A stretch of DNA of 64,000 nucleotides from a virus (IMGVR_UViG_3300037869_000009:10094-74093), one strand, 5' to 3'. Shown: positions 26,943 to 36,454, counted from the first letter of the stretch. Notes: generated by a model from the sequence alone, not told the origin. Numbers and translations are program-made.

Positions 26943-27508
26943 GGAATGAGCTCCAAGGCGCTAACTGGAACAAACACGGCTGTGGCTTCAACTCCATCCA
27001 ACACAACCCGGATGGTGTTTCCTTCGACCCAGGACACCGAACCAAGATTCCCAGCCCGTGCCGGGAACTGATCTTCTGTGATGCGGACACGGTTCCCGAT
27101 TTGAAACACTCCGCGTGGCTGCGAAGTAGCCCATTCGTAGATCCAGAACGGGGGCCTATCGGGAAGCGTGTGCTTCGACTTCGTACCGATGCGATTACAG
27201 ATACAACACTGAACGAGTCGAACCGATTCAAAGGGTATCACTTCGAGTTCAGCAACGGCGCCGTTGTGGACACAGTCCCGCGATGCCGCGATGGGGCCCA
27301 GCTTCTGTTCCAAGGCGTCACGAAACGCTTTGACGATGCCTTCCCGGATATCGATTTCGAGCTGGGGTCCAGGTTCCTGGGGCCGCAACGGGATCTGATA
27401 CGGGGACCCATGTTTGCAGCCCACGGACAGGGTCCGGTGCAGGGACCCCACAAACTCTTCTTCGACACGCCACCACAAATGGAGTTCGCCTAGAGTCACA
27501 ACGTTCAT
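26939..27508 (-). CDS. Hypothetical protein with C-terminal SH3/KOW-like domain
   Basis: FQIGNRVRIT...GSVSWVEGNTIRVVLDG. Confidence 0.6.
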   Translation of the reverse strand: MNVVTLGELHLWWRVEEEFVGSLHRTLSVGCKHGSPYQIPLRPQEPGPQLEIDIREGIVKAFRDALEQKLGPIAASRDCVHNGAVAELEVIPFESVRLVQCCICNRIGTKSKHTLPDRPPFWIYEWATSQPRGVFQIGNRVRITEDQFPARAGNLGSVSWVEGNTIRVVLDGVEATAVFVPVSALELIP

Positions 27509-28263
27509 GGGACCCCCGGGGCAACGCGCTCCACGTTGCTGATGTCCGTGAAGCCTTCGGAGCCGTCATCCGTTTTGATCTGAACTTCGGTGCCCCTGAT
27601 CTCCGTCACCGTGGCGATTTGGCCCCCGTAGGACCCCAGCTTTGCGTTGATTTTGACGCGCTCCCCCGGGGCAACGTGCAGTTGCGCCACCAGGCGTTCC
27701 GCAACCTTCATCGCGGCTTCAAGCGATGGCGCCAACACAGGCGGAACTGCCCCCGGTGGTACGTAGATCATCCAGCCGTCCGCTTTGGGCTGCACCGCAG
27801 CAGCTTGGCCCCCGTACCAATACATTGAAGTGGTGTGAGTCCAATACGGGGGCAAGGACTCCGGTTCGGGTTCCGTACCCGGTTTGTCATACGTGGTTTC
27901 GGGTTCCGGGAAGTTGTGGACGTGACCGTCTGCTAGCGAAGTGTCGCCATTGCATTCGGACCACTTCGAACCGCAGACCGTGCAACGCAGTTCCATGATT
28001 CGACGTCTATAGGCTTCGCGCCGTTCCGGAACGATGACGGTTGCGAGATGAACCGGGGGTCCCTGGACCGGTGTGGCCCACAGCACCGCGGGCTTCGCTT
28101 CGGTTCCGAGAACCGAGCTGTAACGCGTATTTTCTAGTAATCCGATTCGCTCACAAATAGCACACCGCACCACGAAATACGTAGAGCTGCTATCCGTAAT
28201 GCTGAACCACTGCACTTTGCTGTGATTACATTCCAATGGCGCCCCCTGGAAGTGAGGCAACAT
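27505..28263 (-). CDS. Hypothetical protein with Zn ribbons and C-terminal KOW-like domain
   Basis: CAICE, CTVCG; PGERVKINAKLGSYGGQIATVTEI. Confidence 0.6.
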   Translation of the reverse strand: MLPHFQGAPLECNHSKVQWFSITDSSSTYFVVRCAICERIGLLENTRYSSVLGTEAKPAVLWATPVQGPPVHLATVIVPERREAYRRRIMELRCTVCGSKWSECNGDTSLADGHVHNFPEPETTYDKPGTEPEPESLPPYWTHTTSMYWYGGQAAAVQPKADGWMIYVPPGAVPPVLAPSLEAAMKVAERLVAQLHVAPGERVKINAKLGSYGGQIATVTEIRGTEVQIKTDDGSEGFTDISNVERVAPGVP

Positions 28264-28424
28264 TCATAAGTGTTGCGTAGCGGGAACTGCACTTTTTTGT
28301 TTGCGAGTGGACGTCTAGCTTTGGGAACCGATTGCGGCGCCACTCCTGAGTTACCGGAACGGGAGTCAACCGGAATCGTGGCGAGCTAGTGCTCCGAAGG
28401 GTTGTCAATACGGAACACTGGGGT

Positions 28425-28444
28425 TTGTCGCCCCGGGGCGACAA
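28425..28444. repeat. Dispersed palindrome copy 3 (TTGTCGCCCCGGGGCGACAA)
   Basis: 20-bp perfect core, intergenic. Confidence 0.95.
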
Positions 28445-28703
28445 CTTTCCTGTGAACTGAGATACAACCGCGTAGGGGCCCCTGGCAGCCTCCAGAAGGG
28501 CCGCACGGTTTGGGACAGGTTCTGCTACGGACTGCGGGTCAAACGGGGCACAGGGGCCAGGTCGGGGCCGATGACATCCGCGCTGGGCTCCACGGTTCCC
28601 CAGGACTCGGACCGCAGCGCTGCAGCACCGGAACCCCCCGGAACGTGTATCGATGCGCCGTGTATTACAACTAGTGATCACCCCCCAAGGGGAATATGCG
28701 AGC

Positions 28704-28729
28704 CAGTTGTCGCCCCGGGGCGACAACTG
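28704..28729. repeat. Dispersed palindrome copy 4 (CAGTTGTCGCCCCGGGGCGACAACTG)
   Basis: 26-bp perfect palindrome, intergenic. Confidence 0.95.
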
Positions 28730-29104
28730 ATTTTGTATGCGGGGCAGATGCGGACCAGATGATTTGGGATGGGGCCCGGATGGAAGGCTGTCCGGGGATG
28801 TATCGGGGTGGGCGCGTTGTGGAAAGTATATGTACCCAGTAAGTGACCCAGGCCGGGGCCTACCTGCACCCCACTGTGCGAAAAATACCCCCCTCCCCCC
28901 TGCCCTGTGGTGACACGGCCTATGCCATGCCGAGTCTCCGCGTTTTCTCCGAAGCCGAGCACTGACACGTACGCCTTTCCGCGGAGAAACCACGGCTGCG
29001 CTAGCGCTCGCATACGGACGTGGACCGGGCCGCATGGATTGTCTTCCCCCTTTGCTTCGCTACACCGACCCTCGTAACGCAACGTACCCATTCATGTTTT
29101 CGAG

Positions 29105-29152
29105 TGGCGACCCCAGGCGGATTTGAACCGCCGTTTACGGCGTGAGAGACCG
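29105..29152 (-). other. 3' half of a tRNA-Glu(CTC)-like sequence; candidate attP core
   Basis: Minus strand CGGT-CTCTCAC-GCCG...GGCGG-TTCAAAT-CCGCC-TGGGGTCG-CCA: anticodon loop, perfect T-arm, acceptor 3' side with CCA; no matching 5' acceptor strand or D-arm. Confidence 0.7.
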
Positions 29153-29822
29153 ATGCTCCAACTATTTCCTGTGGAGTTACGGCTACTTGGACAGGCGTCA
29201 AAAACACTTTCAGTCCGAGTTCCCCCTTTCTCCTGACCACGGTGGAGTCAATGATTTGATTTGTCATACATACGTGGGTGCAGTGTGGACGGGGGTGTTG
29301 ACTTAGGCAGCGGTGCATTTTGTGGTTCCAAGTGATCGAGGCGTTTGGTATTCACGGGGGGTGTTTGGACGGTGGGGGTTTGCCGGGTCAAACAGTGCAG
29401 TTCGGTGCAGTTCCAGCTGTTGGTACCACGTCAGCGCGCATCCCTGTGGTGCGCCAGGATCGATGCCATGCATATCCCTGCCTGGGAGTCCTTGGACTCC
29501 TGTGATGCGTCCCAGCCCCGGGAACACCATGACCCGATACGTTGTCCCTGGATCTGGGCACAACCGGTTTTCAAAGTTCCGTGGACAAACCTTCAGCAAT
29601 CCTGGGGGTCCGGTTCCCTGGGGGGTCAATCCCGGTCCCGCGGGACCGGGTTCCCTGTAGCGCTGGTGTTCCTGTGTTCCGTTCCCGTGGGTGGTCCTTG
29701 TTCCCCATGGGTACCTAGACGTGTTGGCCCCTACGGGGCTGCACTTCGTTCCGTGGGTTCCATGTCCCTGTGGTCAGAGTCCCCATCGCCCCTGGGTTCA
29801 CCGGGACTGGCGGGGGGTGGTC

Positions 29823-30254
29823 ATGGATAAACGCGAACGCGCTCCACTAGCGGTGCCCTGTGCCTGCGGAACTGTGCCCACGATTCATGTGGAACCCGAT
29901 TTCGCGACTTGGGTGCAGTGCATGGACTGCGGGGTTGCTGCATTTGCGGGAGCCCCCGAACTGATGAAGGACAAGCCCCATGTGGTGCGCTGCTGGAACG
30001 CGCTGCAGAACTACTTGCGGGCCGCTAGCTGGGGGGCCGCTGCAGAAGAAGTGCTGAACTGCGCCTGTGGGGACCGCGCCGCAGTGCACAGCGGGCCCGG
30101 GTCAGCTCACGTGAGCTGCAATAGCTGCGGGGTGGCTGCGCTGGGGGGTCACGATCTCGGGGCCGTGAAGCGGCGCTGGAACCGACTTCAGCAAGCGCTT
30201 CGGGCAGCGGGCTGGGATCAACCCAGTGTCCGGAAGCCCGATGGGGATACCTGA
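29823..30254 (+). CDS. Tandem Lar-like Zn-ribbon protein (2 domains)
   Basis: Two CACG-x13-CxxCG-x~15-WN units; ATG at 29823. Confidence 0.65.
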   Translation: MDKRERAPLAVPCACGTVPTIHVEPDFATWVQCMDCGVAAFAGAPELMKDKPHVVRCWNALQNYLRAASWGAAAEEVLNCACGDRAAVHSGPGSAHVSCNSCGVAALGGHDLGAVKRRWNRLQQALRAAGWDQPSVRKPDGDT

Positions 30255-30505
30255 TGACAACCAGCGATCCCAAAGACCCCGCATCAACCGGCGCTGCGCA
30301 GATTCTGGAACTGTCGCGGTGCGCCTGTGGAGCCCAGTCCGGGCTGGGGGCCACCGCATTCGGTACCGCATATGTGCAGTGCCGGAACTGTGGAGTAGCG
30401 GCCCACGGCACGGGGCGCGATATCGGAGCCGCGGTGCAGCGCTGGACCGAACTCCAGGACGCGCTGCGGTCCGCGGGCTGGCATGGCTTCAAAGGGATCC
30501 AATGA
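30254..30505 (+). CDS. Lar-like Zn-ribbon protein (third paralogous domain)
   Basis: CACG...VQCRNCGVAA...AVQRW..LQ.ALRSAGW. Confidence 0.65.
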   Translation: MTTSDPKDPASTGAAQILELSRCACGAQSGLGATAFGTAYVQCRNCGVAAHGTGRDIGAAVQRWTELQDALRSAGWHGFKGIQ

Positions 30506-30726
30506 ATCCGCTTCGGACCACACCACCGCTATGCGAGGCATGCTCCATGGGGGCCAGCGCTTGCCAGGCCGTGGGCTACACGAGCTGTACGGACCGGCGC
30601 CGCTACTGGGATCAAGGCTACGTGGCTGCGTTACGACGCATCCAGAAACTGACTTCGGAACTGTCCCCGGATGCCCTTTGGTTCGCGGCCCGAGAAGCAT
30701 CCCGGAACAGGCACTTCAAACCGTGA
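30502..30726 (+). CDS. Hypothetical protein
   Basis: ATGA-coupled, 74 aa. Confidence 0.55.
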   Translation: MNPLRTTPPLCEACSMGASACQAVGYTSCTDRRRYWDQGYVAALRRIQKLTSELSPDALWFAAREASRNRHFKP

Positions 30727-30935
30727 AAGCGGCCCGCAACATCTATGGGGGACAGGTGCTTCAACTCCGCTTGGATGACGAACTGGCCAGCGCCATAACG
30801 CGCCACAGGGATGAACTGGAACGCCGCATGGGAGCCCCCGGGGTCGAAATCACGCTGGCTGCAGCCGTCCGAGCGTTGATCAAGCAAGGGCTGGAAGCTG
30901 AACAGAAGCGAGCACTACGCAAGGCGAAACGATGA
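30723..30935 (+). CDS. Ribbon-helix-helix DNA-binding protein
   Basis: VLQLRLDDELASAITR...TLAAAVRALIKQGLE; GTG start coupled to the upstream stop. Confidence 0.65.
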   Translation: MKAARNIYGGQVLQLRLDDELASAITRHRDELERRMGAPGVEITLAAAVRALIKQGLEAEQKRALRKAKR

Positions 30936-30965
30936 CTACCGCAAAATATCCGGACTGGGGGGCCC

Positions 30966-31187
30966 ATGACACGAACAACGAAACGGATCTGGGACAACGG
31001 CGGTTGGCGCAACTACGCAATGGTTCCCGTGGCTGCGGAGTTCTGCCCGGAGTGCCGGACCCTACGGGGCGAGTTCCACGATGGTTGCGGTGAAGAGATC
31101 TGCCCCCGATGCGAAGCACAGGTGTTGAGCTGCGATTGCGTCTACTACGAAGACGATCCGAAGCACGATCTACGGGATGCCGAATGA
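30966..31187 (+). CDS. Cys-rich conserved phage protein
   Basis: CPEC...GEFH.GC.EE.CP.C..Q..SC.C motif. Confidence 0.7.
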   Translation: MTRTTKRIWDNGGWRNYAMVPVAAEFCPECRTLRGEFHDGCGEEICPRCEAQVLSCDCVYYEDDPKHDLRDAE

Positions 31188-31504
31188 CGGAACCACTTCA
31201 CGGTGGCCCCATCGAACTGGTTCCCAGGGCCCCGCACTTCCGGAACCGTTGTGACGAATGCGTGTTCCTGGGTCACTTCGATGGCTTCGATCTTTGGCTC
31301 CACAGGATGGGTGGGGCTCCATCGCTGCGGGTGCAGTTCAGGGATTCGCCCTATGGCTTCGCTTCCTGCACCATCGCCAGCGCTGCGGAAGCCCGATTGT
31401 CGGACTACGTGCTGGAAGGGGCGGACCCCGATGTCATGGACCGCGTCCACCACGCGCTTCGACTCGCTTACCTTATCTGCATCGACGAAGACCACATTCT
31501 ATGA
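31184..31504 (+). CDS. Hypothetical protein
   Basis: CDEC.FLG motif, ATGA-coupled. Confidence 0.6.
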   Translation: MTEPLHGGPIELVPRAPHFRNRCDECVFLGHFDGFDLWLHRMGGAPSLRVQFRDSPYGFASCTIASAAEARLSDYVLEGADPDVMDRVHHALRLAYLICIDEDHIL

Positions 31505-31728
31505 CCGTCCTGGACTTCGAAATCATCACGTTTCGCCCCGGTGACCGCGTGGTCTGGAACCGCACGAAGGCCAGATGGGCCGCGCTACATAGCCCGCGTG
31601 GCACCGTGCTGGGGTTCACCAAGGTGGGACTCATCAGGGTTCAACTCGACGGGGGCCGCATCGTGGCGCTTCCGCAACGTCGATTGAAGTTGTCGCCCCG
31701 GGGCGACAACTCCGGGGCCCGCTCATGA
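31501..31728 (+). CDS. Small SH3-like protein; C-terminus encoded by palindrome copy 5
   Basis: FRPGDRVVW...GTV.GFT..GLIRVQLDG; ends KLSPRGDNSGARS. Confidence 0.6.
   Translation: MTVLDFEIITFRPGDRVVWNRTKARWAALHSPRGTVLGFTKVGLIRVQLDGGRIVALPQRRLKLSPRGDNSGARS
31688..31711. repeat. Dispersed palindrome copy 5
   Basis: 24-bp perfect palindrome inside the 3' end of a CDS. Confidence 0.95.
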
Positions 31729-32195
31729 CATCGAAGTGGGAGCAAATAATGGCGGACACGTTGGCGGAGTCCGGCCCCGGGAACCCGGAACTGATTGACG
31801 AAGCCAAATGCAGGGCCATCGCTGAAGCCATCTTGAAGCGTTACGAAGATTCGGGGGAGTCACTGGATCACAACGCGATAGCCCGGGACCTTCGAATCGA
31901 ACTCTATCCCCATCTCAAAGCTGCGGGGCCCTACGCTGCCCAAGCATTTGTGGGCCCCATAATCAAAGAGTTCGGGAAGCGCCGTGCGGAAGCCCATCGC
32001 ATGGAGGAAATCGCATTCATGACTGTGGGTCCCGATGAACTGGGGGACCCCGTGGGTGCAACGCATCGATGCCCGAACTGTGGCGAACTCCACGACGTCA
32101 TCAACTCAGACATTCTTCACGCCATCAAATGCCCGCGGAGCGGTGACCTATACCTGGTCGGGATCCGGGGCCAAGTCATCAACAAGCGCTCATGA
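31725..32195 (+). CDS. Hypothetical protein with C-terminal Zn ribbon
   Basis: CPNCGE.H...CP..G..YLVG. Confidence 0.65.
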   Translation: MTSKWEQIMADTLAESGPGNPELIDEAKCRAIAEAILKRYEDSGESLDHNAIARDLRIELYPHLKAAGPYAAQAFVGPIIKEFGKRRAEAHRMEEIAFMTVGPDELGDPVGATHRCPNCGELHDVINSDILHAIKCPRSGDLYLVGIRGQVINKRS

Positions 32196-32557
32196 CACGA
32201 ACCATGGTCCAGACCGGGACTCCACAATGGGTCCTGGATTCGGTGCGCACCACAGTCAACGAAGCTATCGAATACATCGCTTCGGATACAGCGATGCATG
32301 AACCCCCGTTGTTTGGGATGAAGAAGATCAAGGACCCCAACTTCATCGCTGCGCTAGTGGCGAAGACGGTACAGTGCGCCATGAAAGCCGGTCACCGCTT
32401 CGATGTTGGTGCGCTGCGCAGCTTCAACGCCGTGGCGTTCCCAGACGATGCCCCCGATCACGCATTGATCACTGCCATCACGGTGGATGACGAAGCGGGG
32501 TCCACGAATGTCGAAATCCTTTACGACGCGACACGCGCGATTCAGCATCGCCCATGA
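32192..32557 (+). CDS. Hypothetical protein
   Basis: ATGA-coupled, 121 aa. Confidence 0.6.
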   Translation: MTRTMVQTGTPQWVLDSVRTTVNEAIEYIASDTAMHEPPLFGMKKIKDPNFIAALVAKTVQCAMKAGHRFDVGALRSFNAVAFPDDAPDHALITAITVDDEAGSTNVEILYDATRAIQHRP

Positions 32558-32832
32558 AAAAAGTCACGTTCGGCCCCGAAGGCAAATACGAGTCCCAGGT
32601 GCGCAAGGTGATGGACCAGACCGGGGCCCAAACCGTGGTGCTGCTGGTTATCAACGGGAAGAAAGGAACCGGGCTATCGGCACGGCACCGTACCGGTGGC
32701 CTGACCCCCAAAGAACAGGTGGGGTTGCTGCGGGGCATGGCGCTGGCCATGGACGAAGGCAACGCGCTGTCCGGGGCCAGCTTCGAGATTCCCGATAGCG
32801 ATGCTGAACCACCGAAGGGTTACGACGCGTGA
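32554..32832 (+). CDS. Conserved phage hypothetical protein
   Basis: GPEGKY...VVLLVING.KGTG.S pattern. Confidence 0.65.
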   Translation: MKKVTFGPEGKYESQVRKVMDQTGAQTVVLLVINGKKGTGLSARHRTGGLTPKEQVGLLRGMALAMDEGNALSGASFEIPDSDAEPPKGYDA

Positions 32833-33041
32833 CGATCGATGACGATCGAGATCCCGATTTCGCGCCCGTTCATCCCGATGACCCCACGGTGATGGTCCAC
32901 GCGGGCCACAACACGCGGCTAGGTGTCGTGATGCTGAAAGTGGGTGAAAAAGTGTTTTACATGTCTCCAAACCATGCCGAAGGCTTCGCACGGGAACTGA
33001 TGGACCATGCACGTCAAGCCCGATCAACGCATGGGACCTGA
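32829..33041 (+). CDS. Hypothetical protein
   Basis: Coupled, 70 aa. Confidence 0.6.
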   Translation: MTIDDDRDPDFAPVHPDDPTVMVHAGHNTRLGVVMLKVGEKVFYMSPNHAEGFARELMDHARQARSTHGT

Positions 33042-33043
33042 CG

Positions 33044-33352
33044 ATGCCGCGTCCGCTGACTCCAAAGGGGGCAAGGCTTCGAGACATGATTTTGGCGCAC
33101 CCAACCGCGACATACATGGAGCTATCGGCCCTGTTGGCTGCTGAAGGCTACGAATCGATTCGACCCAACATGTTTACGCATGCGCGCCACGCGCTTCGGG
33201 CCGAAGGCTTCGAGATCCCAGATATCCCGAAGGGACAACCATCGCAGTTGCGGAACCGGCCACCGCTGAAACCGAAAAAGGTCCCGATGGTGTGGCCCCG
33301 TGATGAACGCAAACGGTGCCCCACCTGTGGCCAAGTCGTGAAGGACCCATGA
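33044..33352 (+). CDS. Putative DNA-binding protein with terminal CPTCG
   Basis: Basic, helical N-terminus. Confidence 0.55.
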   Translation: MPRPLTPKGARLRDMILAHPTATYMELSALLAAEGYESIRPNMFTHARHALRAEGFEIPDIPKGQPSQLRNRPPLKPKKVPMVWPRDERKRCPTCGQVVKDP

Positions 33353-33648
33353 CCGCACCGAACTGGCATGACTTGACAGGCAACGAACAGCAGGCCGTGA
33401 TCCATCACGCTTTGCTTGCGGTGCTGCGCACGTTGCGGTCCGAGCTCCCGCGGGAATGGCTCCAACACATTTCGTTCGGGACCATGTGCTGGATGACTGC
33501 GGACCCCACGAAGTGCACGGCCCGATTCACGGATCACACCGTGGCCACGGCGCCAAACGACATTGAAATATCGGCACGGATCGCATTGCAAGCGCTGCTG
33601 CAGTCCATGGATGCAGGCATCAAAGAAACCGTGATGGATCCCCGATGA
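33349..33648 (+). CDS. Hypothetical protein
   Basis: ATGA-coupled. Confidence 0.6.
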   Translation: MTAPNWHDLTGNEQQAVIHHALLAVLRTLRSELPREWLQHISFGTMCWMTADPTKCTARFTDHTVATAPNDIEISARIALQALLQSMDAGIKETVMDPR

Positions 33649-33866
33649 CGTGGACCACTGAACCCAGCTTGGACAAGCTACCGGACATCTTGCTGGGTCC
33701 CCGGCCCGGTGGATGCACGGTCCGCGCCTTCGTGCCCTTCAGTCACCAGGGCCGCTTCCAATGCACGGTGCCAATCTGGGTGCCCGACATCGATACCGGG
33801 ACCGCAATCGTTGTGTATCTCGAAGATGGGAAGCCGGTGACCCTGTTGCGGGATCTGGTGTCCTAG
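33645..33866 (+). CDS. Hypothetical protein
   Basis: ATGA-coupled, 73 aa. Confidence 0.55.
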   Translation: MTWTTEPSLDKLPDILLGPRPGGCTVRAFVPFSHQGRFQCTVPIWVPDIDTGTAIVVYLEDGKPVTLLRDLVS

Positions 33867-33906
33867 ACCGCGTCCCCGCTGATGCTGCTGCTGGAGACAC
33901 CGAACG

Positions 33907-34224
33907 ATGCCGTGGACTGAACCGAAGCCGTGGTGGAAGAACCGCTTCAAGCGCTTGCTCTACTTACAGGTGGTGCTGCACTGCGCCATGTCTGCTGTAG
34001 CACTGTATTCGATCATCTTTGGCAACGGCATGCCCCCTGTAGCCACCGCGATCCAGCTCGTTTTTTTGTGGATTCAAATGGCCATCCACGTACTGGCTAC
34101 GAACAATCTCGGGGACCACGTCCGGGAGCTCCACCGCTTCTACGCCGTCACCATGGATGACCACACGCAACAGCTACAAGCGTTACAGCGGTCAGCACCG
34201 CGGAGCGATCACGATGTCCAATGA
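33907..34224 (+). CDS. Two-TM membrane protein
   Basis: Two hydrophobic helices. Confidence 0.6.
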   Translation: MPWTEPKPWWKNRFKRLLYLQVVLHCAMSAVALYSIIFGNGMPPVATAIQLVFLWIQMAIHVLATNNLGDHVRELHRFYAVTMDDHTQQLQALQRSAPRSDHDVQ

Positions 34225-34301
34225 ACCGGAGTGGTCAGCCTCGAAGGTCAAAGCCGATGTGTTGAAGCGGCACGTGAAGACGTCATGAATGGGGTCAAGT
34301 C

Positions 34302-34505
34302 ATGAACGAAGCGCAGCAATGGGAATACATAACGCTTACCAGCGCGGTGACCGATGCAGCACTGAACCGCTTGGGTAAGCAAGGCTGGGAACTGGTCAGC
34401 GTGATCATCGCCCCGCAGCAAGGCAACGCACCCCCGGGGCGAACGCTCTACTTCAAGCGGTTACTTGGCTTCGAGCGCTGGTCCGCCAGCGATGCCGCGA
34501 AATGA
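34302..34505 (+). CDS. DUF4177-like protein
   Basis: QWEY.....LN.LG.QGWELVSV......YFKR. Confidence 0.75.
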   Translation: MNEAQQWEYITLTSAVTDAALNRLGKQGWELVSVIIAPQQGNAPPGRTLYFKRLLGFERWSASDAAK

Positions 34506-34894
34506 CGGAGCCCCGTAGCGCGATCGATGACGCGGTCCTGGCTGCCATGGTGCTGGCCGTGAAGTCCACCTTCGTGAAGCTGATGGGGGCCAAGGAAGCA
34601 CAGCGCATCTTCAAAATGAAGACAGCCCGTGATCGCCAATCGTATCGGCTCACGATGGCGCGACTCCTACGCAAGGCCATCCACTCCGGTAAGTACCCCA
34701 TCGATGCCGGGGCGCTACGCATCATAGGGATCGGGGCCCCCGATGACGTTCCTGATGCTGCCCCGGTGCGCGCCATTGAGCTAGACGAAGAAAATCGCCT
34801 GTTCGGGGTGCGCTTCGACGTCGAAGACGATAGCGGACCCGATGACGAAGTGTTGGTTACCGTCGAAATGGACAACGATGGACCACGATCTTGA
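34502..34894 (+). CDS. Hypothetical protein
   Basis: ATGA-coupled, 130 aa. Confidence 0.6.
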   Translation: MTEPRSAIDDAVLAAMVLAVKSTFVKLMGAKEAQRIFKMKTARDRQSYRLTMARLLRKAIHSGKYPIDAGALRIIGIGAPDDVPDAAPVRAIELDEENRLFGVRFDVEDDSGPDDEVLVTVEMDNDGPRS

Positions 34895-35093
34895 AATCGA
34901 ACTAGCGGTGGCCAAAGACGCGTCCCGCAGGGACCGCTACCGCACCGTACTGTTCATCGCTGCATCACTAGCGCTCTGCGTTGCCGTGACGCTACCGAAC
35001 CGGTTGCCCGTGCATTGGCCCAGCGTGATTTACGGCTTCTACATCGGATGCATAGCGCACTGGTGGCTTGCCATCGCAGGGGACCATCGATAA
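34878..35093 (+). CDS. Small two-TM membrane protein
   Basis: ATG at 34878; two hydrophobic segments. Confidence 0.55.
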   Translation: MDHDLEIELAVAKDASRRDRYRTVLFIAASLALCVAVTLPNRLPVHWPSVIYGFYIGCIAHWWLAIAGDHR

Positions 35094-35746
35094 TGGCCGA
35101 TGCCTTCATCCACACCGTAACGCCATGGGACCGGGACCCCGGTACCGAAGGGGCGCTGGACAAGTCCGGAACCCTGTTGATCCATCCCGCGGAGTGGTGG
35201 GCACAGTTCAGCCAAAGCGAAATCGCAATGTTCTGTGTTCGCCACGGCATCTACTGCGTACCCACCACTGAACTGGTGGATTGGTTGCGAACCGAACTCG
35301 AAGCGCCGGCAATCGAGATCGGTTCCGGCAACGGGGTGCTGGCCAATGCGCTGGGCATCGCTGCCACGGACTCCATGATGCAGCTGGACCCCGTAATCAA
35401 AGCGCAATACTACGATGCAGCGGGACAGCCTACGATTCAATACGGACCCAACGTGAAGCGCATGGCTGCTGATGAAGCGGTGCGCTTCTACAAGCCCCGC
35501 ACCGCGCTGGCGTGCTGGGTGACCCACAAGTTCAGGCCCCATGAAGAGTGGCGTGAAGGTAATCAATACGGAGTCAAAGAAGAAGCCATCTTGAAGCGGG
35601 CCCGCTACGTCTTCGTAGGCAACGAAAACGTGCACCGGGGCAAGCCCATCCTGGAACTGAAGCACCGCCACCACCACTTCCCGTGGCTGGTGTCGCGAAG
35701 CATGACCGAAGCACCCAACTTCATCGGAATATGGGAAAAGCGATGA
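35093..35746 (+). CDS. SAM-dependent methyltransferase-like protein
   Basis: AIEIGSGNGVLANAL motif I; ATG at 35093. Confidence 0.65.
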   Translation: MADAFIHTVTPWDRDPGTEGALDKSGTLLIHPAEWWAQFSQSEIAMFCVRHGIYCVPTTELVDWLRTELEAPAIEIGSGNGVLANALGIAATDSMMQLDPVIKAQYYDAAGQPTIQYGPNVKRMAADEAVRFYKPRTALACWVTHKFRPHEEWREGNQYGVKEEAILKRARYVFVGNENVHRGKPILELKHRHHHFPWLVSRSMTEAPNFIGIWEKR

Positions 35747-36159
35747 CTCCAAATCCAGCTACAGATCTATTTCTGGACTATGACGAATCGATTGCATTCG
35801 CGATGCAACGGACCGGGTTACCGCAGACGTTGATCGAACAAGTCGATAGGGCCCAAAGCATCTACTTCGTGCTGTGCGGCATCACCGCCGAAGATCCCGA
35901 GATCTATCCGGAGATCAACTTTGCAGAACTCCGGAAACGTCATGCCGACCTGTTGCCGCAACGTGGCAGAGACGGACTTTTCAACATGTCCTTCGACGCT
36001 GAAGCCGTGTTCATGATCCGATACGGATTGCCGTGGCCAGCATCGGGAACCGTGATCGAAGCGTTCACGGCATTCCAGGAAACGCGGGGCATCACGGACC
36101 ACGGGGCCGCTGAAATCTATCGTAAATGGGTTCAGGAATGGGTCCCGCCACAGGACTAG
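35743..36159 (+). CDS. Hypothetical protein
   Basis: ATGA-coupled, acidic. Confidence 0.6.
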   Translation: MTPNPATDLFLDYDESIAFAMQRTGLPQTLIEQVDRAQSIYFVLCGITAEDPEIYPEINFAELRKRHADLLPQRGRDGLFNMSFDAEAVFMIRYGLPWPASGTVIEAFTAFQETRGITDHGAAEIYRKWVQEWVPPQD

Positions 36160-36199
36160 CGACCCTTGGACCCCGAAGGGCCACACTGGGTATGCTGGT

Positions 36200-36454
36200 T
36201 TGGTGCCCTCCCGAATCGTTACGCATGCTAAACGGAGGACATCATTGACATTTGAACAGTTCGCGGAGCACTACGCTTCATACGGCTCCGATCACCCCTA
36301 TTGGCGTCCGGGCCAGTTCGTGTTCAACGTGCTTCAAAACCACAGACCCGATCTCGCGGACCAGCTGCGCGGTACCAACCTGGACCCCTTCCACCGAAGC
36401 GACTTGATCCCAGCCACAATGGTTTGGCTGAAGAACAACTGGGACATTTCCTAG
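36200..36454 (+). CDS. Hypothetical protein
   Basis: WR.GQ..FNVL...RPDLA..L.GT.LDPF motif seen in phage hypotheticals. Confidence 0.6.
   Translation: MVPSRIVTHAKRRTSLTFEQFAEHYASYGSDHPYWRPGQFVFNVLQNHRPDLADQLRGTNLDPFHRSDLIPATMVWLKNNWDIS

Noticed and set aside
27511-27676. Partial copies (CCCCGGGGCAAC) of the dispersed palindrome
   Set aside because: Only one arm is similar; explained by Val-Ala-Pro-Gly codons in the CDS
29105-29152. Prophage-host junction (attL/attR)
   Set aside because: Both flanks carry phage-style small ORFs and the same dispersed palindrome; no host genes on either side
29105-29200. Complete tRNA gene
   Set aside because: No 5' acceptor strand complementary to TGGGGTC at the right distance and no D-stem matching GAGC; only the 3' half is tRNA-like
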